From contig CAVTHO010000003.1 in the NCBI GenBank assembly GCA_963734545.1, positions 64,001 to 128,000 on the forward strand: a DNA stretch of 64,000 nucleotides, written 5' to 3'. Below, in pieces: positions 41,016-50,818 of this stretch (position 1 is its first letter; each line of letters opens with the position of its first letter). The DNA is from an uncultured Spirochaetota bacterium (lineage in GTDB: Bacteria > Spirochaetota > Spirochaetia > SZUA-6 > Fen-1364). The notes beneath the pieces are model-generated. The model made no database searches. It was not told the origin of the DNA and worked only from the letters and a program-made list of their open reading frames with translations. The translations under genes were made by a program, and so were the position numbers.

Positions 41016-42921
41016 GCTTCCGGGCGTCCAGGACTTCGCGCACCTTCAGCAGCAGGGCTGCGGGGCTGAACGGCTTCTGCAGAAAGGCGATGCCCGCGTG
41101 GAGCACGCCGTGATTGTCGATCACGTCCCGGGTGTAGCCGGACATGAACAGGGCCGGAACGCCGGGATGGGCAGCCGCCAGCCGCTCAACGAGTTCTCTG
41201 CCGCTCATGCCGGGCAGGACGACGTCGGTGATGATGAGGTCGATGTCTCCTCCCCGGGCCTCGATGATATCTTCCGCGTGTTCCCCATCGTCCGCCTCAT
41301 GGACGACATAACCGTAGCCGCCCAGCACGTTGGAGACAAGGACCCGTATCATGGACTCGTCTTCCACGAGGAGGATCGACTCCCTGCCCCCCCGTACCTC
41401 CGCGGGGGCCGTTTCCTTCGGCGCATCCGCTTCTCCCCGCACCCGGGGGAAGTAGAGATCGAAGGACGTTCCTTTTCCCGGCTCGCTCTCTGCCCAGATA
41501 TAGCCGCCGGTCTGCTTGACGATCCCATACACCGTGGAAAGCCCCAGCCCGGTGCCTTTCCCCACCTCCTTGGTGGTGAAGAAAGGCTCGAACAGATGGG
41601 CCTTCACATCCTTGTCCATGCCGCTCCCGGTGTCGCTGATCCGAAGCCGCACGTAGTCCCCCCGTGTCACGGTGTAACTGTTCTCCCGCCGGGAGGAATC
41701 CAGGAGGACGTTGCTGGTGTCCATCGTGATCCGCCCTCCCCGAGGCATGGCGTCACGCGAGTTGATGCAGAGGTTCATGATGACCTGCTCGATCTGACCG
41801 GGGTCGGCAAGGATGCTTCCCAACTCCGGGGTGAACCGGGTTTCAAGGGCAATGTCCTCCCCCAGAAGCCTCCTCAGCAGCTTCTCCAGCGTCGAAATGA
41901 GAATGTTGAGGTCGAGAATCCTCGGCCTCATCACCTGGCGCCTGCTGAAGGCCAGGAGCTGCTGGGTCAGGGAAGCCGCCCGGTTGCCCGCCTTCTTGAT
42001 CTCTTCCAGGTTTTTTTTCAGCGTCCCGGAATCGTCGAGGCTCAGCATGGAGTAGTCGCAATAGCCGATGATCGCGGTGAGCAGATTGTTGAAGTCGTGG
42101 GCAACCCCGCCGGCCAGCCTTCCCACCGCCTCCATTTTCTGCGCCTGGTTGAGCTGCTCGAGGAGCCGGGCGCGCTCCGAGACATCGCGCGCGACCCCGT
42201 AGACCTGCCGCTTTCCCCCCGGACCGGTGTCCGCGGTCAGGTGCGCCTCCATGGTCATCTTCCTTCCGTCAGAGGCGAAGAACTCGAACTGGGTCTCCCT
42301 GTCCACCCTGTACTCTCCCTCGAGGAGCTCCCGGAGAACGGCCCGCGCGCTCTCCTGCTCGTGCGCGGGGAGTCTGTCGATGATGAATGTGCCGATGTAG
42401 CGCGACGGCACATAGCCCGTGATGGCCTCGAGGCGGGTGCTGAGATACGTGATCATTCCATTCTCGTCGAGGGTGAAGATAATGTCGTTCACCCGCTCCG
42501 TCATGAGCCGGTAGCGGCGCTCGGATTCGACGAGCTGCGCCGTGCGTGCCTGCAGGCTTTCCACCATGGAATTGAAGGAGTCCGCGAGCCCACGGACCTC
42601 GTCTCCTCCGCGGATGCTGATGCGGTAGTCGAGGTTGCCGGCGCTGATGGTGCGCGTGCCGTGGAGGAGATGCACGAGCGGCCGCGTGATGGCCCTGCTC
42701 ACGAAGAGGCCCAGCACGAGTGAGAGCCCGATGCCGAGACTGGCCAGAAGGAGGGACTCGCGGAACAGCACGCTGGCGGTAAGCGGATCATCCGCGGCGG
42801 GCTGCCGCACGGTCAGGAAGAACAGGCTGAGCATTGAGACGGCAATGCACGCCAGGGACACCCCGACGAGGGCGGCGAATATCTTCACCGTGATGCTCTT
42901 CCAGAACGGCGCGATCTTCAC
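41008..42921 (-). CDS. hybrid sensor histidine kinase (2TM-HAMP-PAS-HisKA-HATPase-REC)
   Basis: [30 protein letters not shown], receiver domain; GTG start overlaps upstream stop. Confidence 0.92.
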   Translation of the reverse strand: MKIAPFWKSITVKIFAALVGVSLACIAVSMLSLFFLTVRQPAADDPLTASVLFRESLLLASLGIGLSLVLGLFVSRAITRPLVHLLHGTRTISAGNLDYRISIRGGDEVRGLADSFNSMVESLQARTAQLVESERRYRLMTERVNDIIFTLDENGMITYLSTRLEAITGYVPSRYIGTFIIDRLPAHEQESARAVLRELLEGEYRVDRETQFEFFASDGRKMTMEAHLTADTGPGGKRQVYGVARDVSERARLLEQLNQAQKMEAVGRLAGGVAHDFNNLLTAIIGYCDYSMLSLDDSGTLKKNLEEIKKAGNRAASLTQQLLAFSRRQVMRPRILDLNILISTLEKLLRRLLGEDIALETRFTPELGSILADPGQIEQVIMNLCINSRDAMPRGGRITMDTSNVLLDSSRRENSYTVTRGDYVRLRISDTGSGMDKDVKAHLFEPFFTTKEVGKGTGLGLSTVYGIVKQTGGYIWAESEPGKGTSFDLYFPRVRGEADAPKETAPAEVRGGRESILLVEDESMIRVLVSNVLGGYGYVVHEADDGEHAEDIIEARGGDIDLIITDVVLPGMSGRELVERLAAAHPGVPALFMSGYTRDVIDNHGVLHAGIAFLQKPFSPAALLLKVREVLDARKHA

Positions 42922-43196
42922 GTCCGCGCTTCCTCTTTCTTCCTGCGGTAGCTCAGCTTCAGGCTTTCCGTCACGCCGTATTCGACGGAGCGCCGGGAGC
43001 AGAAGAGCGCAGAGGGATCCCCGTAGCGGAGGTACGCGGCGAACAGGCAGCCATCGCCGCAGATCGGCACCCACGCAATGGCGGCGCGCAGCTCGTCGTC
43101 GATGATGACCTGGGCGCGCGTCAGCGTGTGGAAGAGAAGGTGGGAGCCTTTTGCCGGGAAATCGGAGATCGAGGTGGTGAACCGGGAGGCTGTCAT
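42918..43196 (-). CDS. 92-aa protein resembling the fused N- and C-termini of a radical SAM/SPASM peptide maturase
   Basis: SRFTT...HLLFHTLTRAQVIID N-terminus joined to WVPICGDGC...GDP..FC SPASM-tail-like motif; GGGAG RBS. Confidence 0.55.
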   Translation of the reverse strand: MTASRFTTSISDFPAKGSHLLFHTLTRAQVIIDDELRAAIAWVPICGDGCLFAAYLRYGDPSALFCSRRSVEYGVTESLKLSYRRKKEEART

Positions 43197-43205
43197 TGAC
43201 TCCCT

Positions 43206-43301
43206 TTACGCTCCCGTCCCGCTGAAGATCAGGCTGCAGCAGCTGATCGCCACGACGCCATCGGACACGCGTGAGCCTTCCTCGATGATTTCCAGGATCA
43301 T
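43206..43301 (-). CDS. 31-aa Cys-Cys peptide, putative RiPP precursor (geopeptide-like)
   Basis: MILEIIEEGSRVSDGVVAISCCSLIFSGTGA; AGGAAG RBS; 5 nt after the SBP stop, 9 nt before the next start. Confidence 0.65.
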   Translation of the reverse strand: MILEIIEEGSRVSDGVVAISCCSLIFSGTGA

Positions 43302-43306
43302 GTGTC

Positions 43307-44863
43307 TCACTTCCTTTCCAGATACCAGTTGTGCATACGGCCGCCCAGAGACGAGATCTCCTCCGGCGTGACACCGCGCAATCGGGCGGAACAGGCCGCG
43401 TACCGCTTCCCGAAGAAGAGGAAAGCGGCCGGCGCATCGTCCGCGATCAGAGCGTACATTTTCCTGTAGATGTCTCTCCTGTCATTGAAATCCGAGGCGA
43501 CCTTTCCCCTTTCGATCAGTCGGTCCACATCCGGATTGCGGTAGCCGGTGATGTTCCAGCCGCCGATCGATGAGGAGTGCCAGAACAGGCTCGCGGAAAG
43601 ATCGGGATCGGTGAACATGTTGAACTGGATGAGCGCCGCCTGGAACTCGCCCGCGGGCATCCTCTTCTCCACCATCTCATGCAGAGGGAGGACCACGACG
43701 TCCATCCGAATACCGATCTGGAGCAGCTGCCACTGCAGCCTCTTTGCGAGGGCGCCCTTCAACCTGTCTTCACCGCATTCGAGGACCGTGAACTGCAGAT
43801 TCCTGCCTTCCTTGTCCAGGATCCAATCGTTGTCGCTGTCTCTCCATCCCAGGTCTGAAAGGATCTTCGCCGCCTGCCGGGGATCGTACGCCTGCAGGTG
43901 GGGATCCGGATTGTAGGGCCAGGTCCCCGGTTTGAATGGACCGCTTGCCGCAAGTCCCTTTCCGCGCAGGACCGTGTCCAGGAGATCCCGGCGATCGATT
44001 GCCATGGCGATTGCCCGGCGCATGGCGCGCTGCGCGAAGAGCGGGTCCCGGGTGTTGAACAGGAGGGAGGAACAGAAATTTTCCAGGAACTCGTATCCCC
44101 TGAAGCGCCCGTCATTTTTGATCAGCACGTAATCGTCGTAGTCGACATCCGGGACCAGGTCCACCTGGCCTTGCAGCAGCGAGACCCACGCTTTTTTGTT
44201 GTCGGAGAAGAATTTGAAGACGATCCTGCCGAGCCGTGGTCTTCCCATGAAATAGCCGGGGTTGGCGTCCAGCGTGATCTGGCCGGGTGTCCAGCCGGAA
44301 AGGGTGAACGGGCCCGTCCCGATCGGGTGCCTGTCGAACTCGGCACTCGCGCCCCCTGCTTCCCGGAGCAGATGCGCGGGGACGATCGGCCGGCCGAGCA
44401 GGGCGGGGAGCAGCCGGTAGGGGGTTTTCAATTCAATCCTGAAGAAGTCCGCGCCGTCCGAGCGGAAAGACTTTACGACCTGCGAAAAATCACTGAATCG
44501 ATTTCCGTACTTCGGGTCAAAACCCTTCTCGTAAGTGAATGCCACGTCCTCCGCCGTCACCGGCGTGCCGTCGGAAAAACGAACCCCCTTTCTCATGCGG
44601 AAAGTCCAGGACAACCCATCCGCGGAAATCTCCCAGCTTTCCGCAAGGTCGGGTCCGGGCGCCGAGCCTCCGGCGAATGCGACCAGGCCGTCCGTGAAGC
44701 AATTGATGATCACATTTGCGAAGCCCTCGGGAGCGAACAGGGGGTTGAGGCTCGCCGGCTCGTCATAGTATGCAAGGACGAGCGTCCCCCCCCTGGGTGA
44801 CTGGTCAGAGTACGCGGCGCCGGCGACAAGCAGCAGGAGGAGCCCGGGTAAGAATCGCCTCAA
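43307..44863 (-). CDS. family 5 peptide ABC substrate-binding protein
   Basis: PDLAESWEIS.DG..WTF, FSDG.P.TAEDV, PIGTGPF, RRAIAMAIDR. Confidence 0.9.
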   Translation of the reverse strand: MRRFLPGLLLLLVAGAAYSDQSPRGGTLVLAYYDEPASLNPLFAPEGFANVIINCFTDGLVAFAGGSAPGPDLAESWEISADGLSWTFRMRKGVRFSDGTPVTAEDVAFTYEKGFDPKYGNRFSDFSQVVKSFRSDGADFFRIELKTPYRLLPALLGRPIVPAHLLREAGGASAEFDRHPIGTGPFTLSGWTPGQITLDANPGYFMGRPRLGRIVFKFFSDNKKAWVSLLQGQVDLVPDVDYDDYVLIKNDGRFRGYEFLENFCSSLLFNTRDPLFAQRAMRRAIAMAIDRRDLLDTVLRGKGLAASGPFKPGTWPYNPDPHLQAYDPRQAAKILSDLGWRDSDNDWILDKEGRNLQFTVLECGEDRLKGALAKRLQWQLLQIGIRMDVVVLPLHEMVEKRMPAGEFQAALIQFNMFTDPDLSASLFWHSSSIGGWNITGYRNPDVDRLIERGKVASDFNDRRDIYRKMYALIADDAPAAFLFFGKRYAACSARLRGVTPEEISSLGGRMHNWYLERK

Positions 44864-44956
44864 GTAAGCTACCTTTCGTAAGGCGGGGACTAATCTTTAA
44901 TAGGGCCATTTTAGTCAAAAACGTTACTCTTGTCAAGAAAAACCTTAACTCCACTA

Positions 44957-46909
44957 TCAGGTGTTTTCCGCGAGCGGGAGCTTGAACAGGTCGACGAGGA
45001 CCGACAGGTTCCGCGGGTTTTCCATTATCGATCCTTCCTTTGTATACGCATATTCGATGAGGTCGGCGTGAACCTCCGTTATCCTGTGCCGCACCAGCTT
45101 CATCGTGGAGTTGACCGTGCCGTTCTTCTCGCTGAAAGGTTCGGCGACGAACTGGAACACGGAAGGAACCCATGCTGCCTGCACCTTTTTTGCCTTGGGA
45201 TCGGCCTTGAACCTGTACAGCTCGTCTTTGAGGATCGGCAGGAGCGCCTCGGCGCTGCGGATGCCGCGGCTTCGAATCAGCCGTTCGACCTTGCCCGTGT
45301 CCAGGCAGACGAGGGCAACCGTGTATTTCCTGTGGTCGCAGTACGCCATCACCTGGTCGATCACGTCCGTCGAGAAGCCTATTGCCTCTTCGATCTCCTC
45401 GGGGCTGTACTTCTCCCCGTCTTCCGTGATGAGCAGGGCCTTCTCCCGGCCGACCACGACGAGGAAACCGTCCGTGTCCCAGTAGGCGAGGTCTCCGGTG
45501 TACAGCCACCCGTCGCGCAGCGCGCGCGCGCTTGCATCGGGGTTCTTGAAATAGCCCTTCATGACATTGCCGCCGCGAATGACGATTTCTCCCGTCTCCT
45601 TCGGCCCCGCCGGACTGCCGTCCGCTTTCACCAGACGGCACTCGATGGAGTCGAACACGATGCCGGACGTTCCGAACTTGTGCTTCGCGGGGGTGTTCGC
45701 GCAGATGATGGGCGCCGCTTCGGTCAGACCGTAGCCCTGGTAGACGGGCACTCCGAACGCGGCGAAGAACTCCTGCTGCTTGACGTCGAGCAGCGCCCCG
45801 CCGCCGATGCAGAAGCGTATCGAGCCTCCGAAAACCATCTTCTTGATCTTGTTGAATATCAGGAGCTTCGCGATTCCATAGGGGAGCATGTTCTTCAAGC
45901 GGACGCCCAGGCGCGGCGCCGTGAACCCGTTTCCATTGAGCGATACGCCGGCCGCGATGCCTGCCTTGAAGAGCTTTTCGATCAGCCCGCCCTTCTCCTC
46001 CACGCCGGCGACGATCTTCTTCATGAGGTTGCCGCTCAGGGAAGGGACAGTGAAGAGAAAATGAGAGCGGGACTCGACCAGGTTGACGGGGATATTGCGG
46101 AGCGTTCCGATGCCGCCGCCGCGCGAGTCCACGAAGTACAGTGTCACGCCGCACACGAGTCCCGTGTACAGGCCCGCCGTGTGGGCAAAGGAGTGGTCAA
46201 CCGGAAGGATGATCAGGGAGCGCCACCCCGGCGGCAGGGGAATGGCTTTCACCGCGTCATGGCAGTTGGTCCAGTAGTTGAGGTGTGTCAGCATGATGCC
46301 CTTGGGGTTTCCCGTTGTCCCCGAGGTATAGCTGATCGTGACCGTGTCATCCTCTTCCACGGAGTCAATGCACTGGTCGAGCCTGGCACCGAGTGAGGGG
46401 AGGGCGGCCCGGCCCGCGGCGCGCGCCTCGTCAAAGCCGATCACGCGGTCCGCGCTCACTCCGTACTCAGCGGCGGTAGAGCGCGCCCACTCCGGGTCAT
46501 CGTCGAGGTAGATGACCTGGATCTGCCGGTTTTCGGCCCGACTGAAAGAACCGAGAACCTTCTTGAGCTGGTTCCTCGTGGTGAGTATCGCGCGCGCCTC
46601 GGAATGATCCAGCCGGAAGGGGATTTCCTCCTCGAGCAGCTTGATGGAAAGGGGAACAGACACGCACCCTGCCATCAGCAGGCCGAACTCTCCCACGATC
46701 CATTCGGGACTCCCCTCCGCCAGCACGGCAATGCGATCGTTCCTGCGGACGCCCGTGGAGAGCAGCCAGGCCGCGAATTCGCGCGCACGCTCCCGGGCCT
46801 CTCTGAATGAAACGGGAACCCAGCCGGCGTCGGTCTTCCTGTACGCGTAGGCGGCAGAGCCCCATTGGAGAGCCGCCTCATCCAGCATTCTCAGTACCGT
46901 TTTCTTCAT
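44957..46909 (-). CDS. long-chain fatty acid-CoA ligase
   Basis: YTSGTTGNPKG, QGYGLTE, GWLYTGD. Confidence 0.9.
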   Translation of the reverse strand: MKKTVLRMLDEAALQWGSAAYAYRKTDAGWVPVSFREARERAREFAAWLLSTGVRRNDRIAVLAEGSPEWIVGEFGLLMAGCVSVPLSIKLLEEEIPFRLDHSEARAILTTRNQLKKVLGSFSRAENRQIQVIYLDDDPEWARSTAAEYGVSADRVIGFDEARAAGRAALPSLGARLDQCIDSVEEDDTVTISYTSGTTGNPKGIMLTHLNYWTNCHDAVKAIPLPPGWRSLIILPVDHSFAHTAGLYTGLVCGVTLYFVDSRGGGIGTLRNIPVNLVESRSHFLFTVPSLSGNLMKKIVAGVEEKGGLIEKLFKAGIAAGVSLNGNGFTAPRLGVRLKNMLPYGIAKLLIFNKIKKMVFGGSIRFCIGGGALLDVKQQEFFAAFGVPVYQGYGLTEAAPIICANTPAKHKFGTSGIVFDSIECRLVKADGSPAGPKETGEIVIRGGNVMKGYFKNPDASARALRDGWLYTGDLAYWDTDGFLVVVGREKALLITEDGEKYSPEEIEEAIGFSTDVIDQVMAYCDHRKYTVALVCLDTGKVERLIRSRGIRSAEALLPILKDELYRFKADPKAKKVQAAWVPSVFQFVAEPFSEKNGTVNSTMKLVRHRITEVHADLIEYAYTKEGSIMENPRNLSVLVDLFKLPLAENT

Positions 46910-47011
46910 GCCCGGGACGATACCATGGAAAGCCCCGCGCCGCCACTTGCCTGCGCGGGGGAATGCATGCTTGAATCACTCACTTCAGCGGAACAGGGGC
47001 GGGGGCAACGG

Positions 47012-47848
47012 GTGGCAATTCTTCTTGCGGGGCTCTCTGCGCTCATGTACGGCGCGGCCGACTTCTGTGGCGGGCTGGGCACCCGGAAGAGCCCTCTCGT
47101 GACCGTGCTGGCGCTCTCACAGTTCGTCGGTCTCGTGCTCGCGCTGGGCATCTCGCTGCTGGAGGGGCAGGCGCTTCCGATTGCCGGGGACCTGGCCTGG
47201 GGCGCGATATCCGGGGTGTGCGGAACTGCCGGGCTTGCCGCGCTCTACACGGCCCTGGCCACCACGCCGGTTGCCGTGGCGTCCCCCGTTGCCGCTGTGG
47301 TCGGCGCGGTTATTCCCGTCCTGCTGGGCGTGACGCTGGGCGATCGGCCCGGCTCCCTGGCCTGGACCGGGATCGCGCTGGCCGTTCCCGCAATCGTCCT
47401 GCTCAGCGCGGGACCGGCCGCGAGCGTGAAGACCGGGCCGGTGCGGCGCGCGGCCCTTCTGGGCACGGCGGCAGGAATCGGCTTCGGCTTGTTCTTCTTC
47501 GCGATCTCCCGCACCGCGCACGCATCGGGGCTGTGGCCCCTGGTGACTGCCCGGGCGTCCACCATTTCGATCGTCGCGCTCTTCGCTCTCTTCTCCGGCC
47601 GGTCCCTCCGGCCGGCGCGGTCCGGGCTCCCTCTCATTCTGGTCTCCGGTGTGCTCGACATGGGCGCGAACATCGCGTTCCTGCTTGCAAGCAGGGCAGG
47701 CATGCTGTCCACCGTTGCGGTTGTCTCTTCGCTCTACCCCGGCCCTACCGTGCTTCTTGCCTGGCTGGTGCTGCGGGAGCGGCTTACGCCTCTCCGCGTC
47801 TGTGGCCTTGCCCTGGCCCTTGCGGGGGTCGCTCTCATTTCCGTCTGA
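47012..47848 (+). CDS. DMT/EamA family transporter
   Basis: YGAADFCGG, about 10 TM, SLYP...LRERL; start uncertain. Confidence 0.85.
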   Translation: MAILLAGLSALMYGAADFCGGLGTRKSPLVTVLALSQFVGLVLALGISLLEGQALPIAGDLAWGAISGVCGTAGLAALYTALATTPVAVASPVAAVVGAVIPVLLGVTLGDRPGSLAWTGIALAVPAIVLLSAGPAASVKTGPVRRAALLGTAAGIGFGLFFFAISRTAHASGLWPLVTARASTISIVALFALFSGRSLRPARSGLPLILVSGVLDMGANIAFLLASRAGMLSTVAVVSSLYPGPTVLLAWLVLRERLTPLRVCGLALALAGVALISV

Positions 47849-47871
47849 CTAATCCCCGCGATTTTTTTGCC

Positions 47872-48066
47872 TCAGGATGCGCCTGCCTGCGTGTGCCGGT
47901 AGTCGAGGTATTTCTTGATGGCGGCGTCATTGATGTATCCCAGCTCGATGGCAATCTCGCCGAACATTCTGGAGTCCCCGCCTTGCTGTGCCCGAAGCAC
48001 GTCGTCGATCTGGTATTGCTGCATGGCCCCGATCCGCACGAGAAACTCTCCGATCCTGTTTTCCAT
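47872..48066 (-). CDS. stand-alone MshEN-like (c-di-GMP-binding) protein
   Basis: RIGEFLVRIGAM...VLRAQ and MFGEIAIELGYI tandem motifs. Confidence 0.7.
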   Translation of the reverse strand: MENRIGEFLVRIGAMQQYQIDDVLRAQQGGDSRMFGEIAIELGYINDAAIKKYLDYRHTQAGAS

Positions 48067-48114
48067 GAGAACGCCTCCGCCGCGCCGTGATATGCCCTTT
48101 CCCGCCGTGATACC

Positions 48115-48167
48115 TTCCACGGTACTCCGTGGAGTTTCACGGTATCCCGTGCAGTTTCATGGATTCT
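48115..48167 (-). repeat. REP-like hairpin cluster
   Basis: Minus strand AACTGCACGG-GATA-CCGTG and AACTCCACGG-AGTA-CCGTGGAAGG. Confidence 0.7.
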
Positions 48168-48302
48168 TTTTCAATGATAGGCACAATCACGGCGGGATGG
48201 AAGCTCAATCCGGCAGGGTGGGAGAATCCACCGTGCCGCCATGCGGCCTGGTGCCGGACAGGAAAATCCTTTCTGCCGCCATGCGGCAGAGAAGTGCGCA
48301 TG

Positions 48303-48337
48303 AAAAAGCCTCCGTGCCGTCACGCGGCCCGGAGGCT
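48303..48337 (-). terminator. flaB terminator
   Basis: AGCCTCCG...CGGAGGCTTTTT. Confidence 0.7.
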
Positions 48338-48366
48338 CGGGGGTGTCTCAGCGTTCCGGGGAACGC

Positions 48367-49227
48367 CTATTTGAGAAGCTGGAGCACCGTCTGCGGCTTC
48401 GCATTCGCCTGGGCGAGCATTGCCGTGGCCGCCTGTGTCAGGATGGCGTTCTTGGTGTACTCCACCATCTCGGTGGCCATGTCCGCGTCGCGGATGCGGG
48501 ACTCCGCCGCCTGCAGGTTCTCCGCCCCCACGTCCAGGCCCCTCACCGCGTACTCCAGCCTGTTCTGGTACGCTCCCAGGTCCGCCCGCTGCTTGTTGAT
48601 CACCTTCAGCGCCGAATCCAGGGTGCCGATCGACTGGTTGGCCCCGTCCGGGGTGGACAGGGAGATGATCTCCCGGGTGCCGATGTTCCTCATCTTCAGG
48701 GCCCCCGCGGTCATGGTGCCGATGAACACGCGCGTGCGCTGGTCCATGTTGGCCCCGATGTGCAGCCACATGGAGGCGGTGATCACGTTCGCCCCCTCCA
48801 GGCGCGCAAAGCGTCCCGTGAGCATGTTCATGCCGTTGAACTGCGCGTGAGAGGCGATGCGGTCCACCTCGTTGACCAGGGCGGAAACCTCGACCTGGAT
48901 CTGCATCCTGTCCTCGTCGGTGTAGATGCCGTTGGCCGCCTGCACGGAGAGCTCGCGCAGCCTCTGGATGATGTCCTGGCTCTCCTGGAGGTAACCCTCG
49001 GTGGTCTGGATGAAAGAGATGCCGTTTGCGGCGTTGGAGCTGGCCTGGCGGAGACCGCGGATCTGGGAGCGCATCTTTTCCGACACGGCGAGACCCGAGG
49101 CGTCGTCACCGGCGCGGGTGATCCTGCTTCCCGAGGAGAGCTTCTCCATGCTCTTGCTCAGGGAAAGGTCGTTCAGCTTGAGCTGCCGATCCGCGAAAAT
49201 CGCGCTCATGTTGTGATTGATGATCAT
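48367..49227 (-). CDS. flaB: flagellar filament core protein FlaB
   Basis: [41 protein letters not shown]; spirochaetal type. Confidence 0.97.
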   Translation of the reverse strand: MIINHNMSAIFADRQLKLNDLSLSKSMEKLSSGSRITRAGDDASGLAVSEKMRSQIRGLRQASSNAANGISFIQTTEGYLQESQDIIQRLRELSVQAANGIYTDEDRMQIQVEVSALVNEVDRIASHAQFNGMNMLTGRFARLEGANVITASMWLHIGANMDQRTRVFIGTMTAGALKMRNIGTREIISLSTPDGANQSIGTLDSALKVINKQRADLGAYQNRLEYAVRGLDVGAENLQAAESRIRDADMATEMVEYTKNAILTQAATAMLAQANAKPQTVLQLLK

Positions 49228-49396
49228 GAATTCCTCCTTGCGAATTCCCTCAGGCAGTCCTTTTCCCATGCCGAAAAGAAGACTAAGGGAAGAAATAAAA
49301 GGAGCGCGGCCGCGAGGCCAGAACTACCCTCACTCCTTGTTTCGACAGACTGAAGTTTAAAAATAAGGTGATTTTTGAAAAAAAATCGCGGGAGCG

Positions 49397-50041
49397 CTAT
49401 TTCAGTCCCAGCTGAGCTTTCAGCCGGTCGACCTCTTTTCTGGTTGCGGCTGCCAGCGGCTTGTACCGGACTTCACGATAGAGAAATATCTCCGGATCCT
49501 CCGTCTGCAGCAGCTTTTCTTCCGTTGCATCATATTGCCGGCACATGGCGGCGGCCTGTTCCTTCTTTCCCACGACAAGATAGAATGAGGCGAGCCCTTT
49601 GTAGGCGGGGAGCAGGAACGGATCACAGATCAGGGCCGACAGGTAGGCGATTTCCACCAGTCCAATGGCCTGGCTCTGGGCATCGGACCCCTGGGAGAGG
49701 TCTCCCAGGTGCTGGATGATGTCACCGGCGAGCCCGACGAGCGTCGCGCCGAAGGCGGAAAGCGCCAGCCGCGGGTCTTCCCAGATCTTCGCCAGCTCGA
49801 CGAAATTGTTCTTCACGCAATCATAGTATTCCGAGACGAACACGAAACGGCTGATCTTCAGGACATCGCCGTTCGCGTTGCCGATCAGCATGCGCAGGAC
49901 TTCGGGGCGGATGGAGCTCCAGAACTTGCGCTCTCCGAGAGAGCGCAGCAGCTCCTCGACGTCCGTGATATTGAAGAGTCTATCGCTGCCGAATAAGGCC
50001 GTAATGAGCTCCCTGCGGAAAACCTCCGCGTCCGTCCACAT
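49397..50041 (-). CDS. hypothetical helical/TPR-like protein
   Basis: 214-aa ORF with a TPR-like segment (AYLSALICDP...AYKGLA). Confidence 0.6.
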   Translation of the reverse strand: MWTDAEVFRRELITALFGSDRLFNITDVEELLRSLGERKFWSSIRPEVLRMLIGNANGDVLKISRFVFVSEYYDCVKNNFVELAKIWEDPRLALSAFGATLVGLAGDIIQHLGDLSQGSDAQSQAIGLVEIAYLSALICDPFLLPAYKGLASFYLVVGKKEQAAAMCRQYDATEEKLLQTEDPEIFLYREVRYKPLAAATRKEVDRLKAQLGLK

Positions 50042-50100
50042 TCATTCCTGGGGCGCGTCCATTGCGCACGAGGATATCATTGCGCGGGCAACCGTGGAAA

Positions 50101-50190
50101 GCAGGGTGCCCGAAGCCGCGGAACGCACGGAGTACCGTGCAGGGTGCCCGAAGCCACGGAATGCACGGAGTACCGTGCAGGGTACCGCGG
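50101..50190 (+). repeat. 38-bp tandem repeat (about 2.3 copies) containing the REP-like hairpin
   Basis: GCAGGGTGCCCGAAGCCRCGGAAYGCACGGAGTACCGT x2 plus partial copy. Confidence 0.85.
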
Positions 50191-50258
50191 CGGAGGGCGA
50201 TTTACGCCGCGCGCCGGAGTGCTACTATCAGCGGGAAGCAGATTGAGAGGTGTGAGAA

Positions 50259-50465
50259 ATGAAATGCATGGCCTGCGGGCACGAAGAGACCACAGGCGAA
50301 GAGTTCCTCCAGATCCAGGTCCTCGGCGCAGCGCCAATGGCCGGCATCCTGGAGTCCCTGGCAATCGTCAGTGAAAAAGGGGTGAGGCATCATGTCGATC
50401 TTTATGCCTGCCCGCGCTGCGGGACGGTCCGGCTCGAGAAGTCGCAGGAGCGGAGCGGCCATTGA
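50259..50465 (+). CDS. small zinc-ribbon protein
   Basis: MKCMACG...LYACPRCGTV; GAGG RBS. Confidence 0.7.
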   Translation: MKCMACGHEETTGEEFLQIQVLGAAPMAGILESLAIVSEKGVRHHVDLYACPRCGTVRLEKSQERSGH

Positions 50466-50514
50466 ATAAGATCACGAAATAGAACAAGCTTGATGGGAAG
50501 GTGAGGAGGCGGGA

Positions 50515-50805
50515 ATGAAGAAGAGAGTCGGAGCAAAGAAAGCAGCCCCCCGCAAGGCAAAGAAAGCCGTAAAGACGGTGAAGGCCGGAAAGAAGGCAGC
50601 GGTGAAACGCGCGTCCCGCGCGTCAAAGCGTGTCGTGCAGAAAGCCGTGAAGAAGCCCGTGCAGAAGCTCGAGCAAAAGAGGGAAGAGGTAAAAGTGGCG
50701 GCCAAGGCGCCCGCGGCTGAAAAGCGCCCTTTCTGGGGCTTCCTGGGCATTGGCAGGAAGCAGAAGGCGAAAGTTTCCATAATGGATCTGCAGGGGAAAA
50801 AATAG
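50515..50805 (+). CDS. Lys/Ala-rich histone H1-like basic protein
   Basis: KKAAPRKAKKAVK repeats; GAGGAGG RBS. Confidence 0.65.
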   Translation: MKKRVGAKKAAPRKAKKAVKTVKAGKKAAVKRASRASKRVVQKAVKKPVQKLEQKREEVKVAAKAPAAEKRPFWGFLGIGRKQKAKVSIMDLQGKK

Positions 50806-50818
50806 ACGCGCGGCCGGG

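Noticed and set aside
40873-46396. Long plus-strand ORFs antisense to the kinase, SBP and ligase
   Set aside because: Shadow ORFs of GC-rich coding strands with no motifs.
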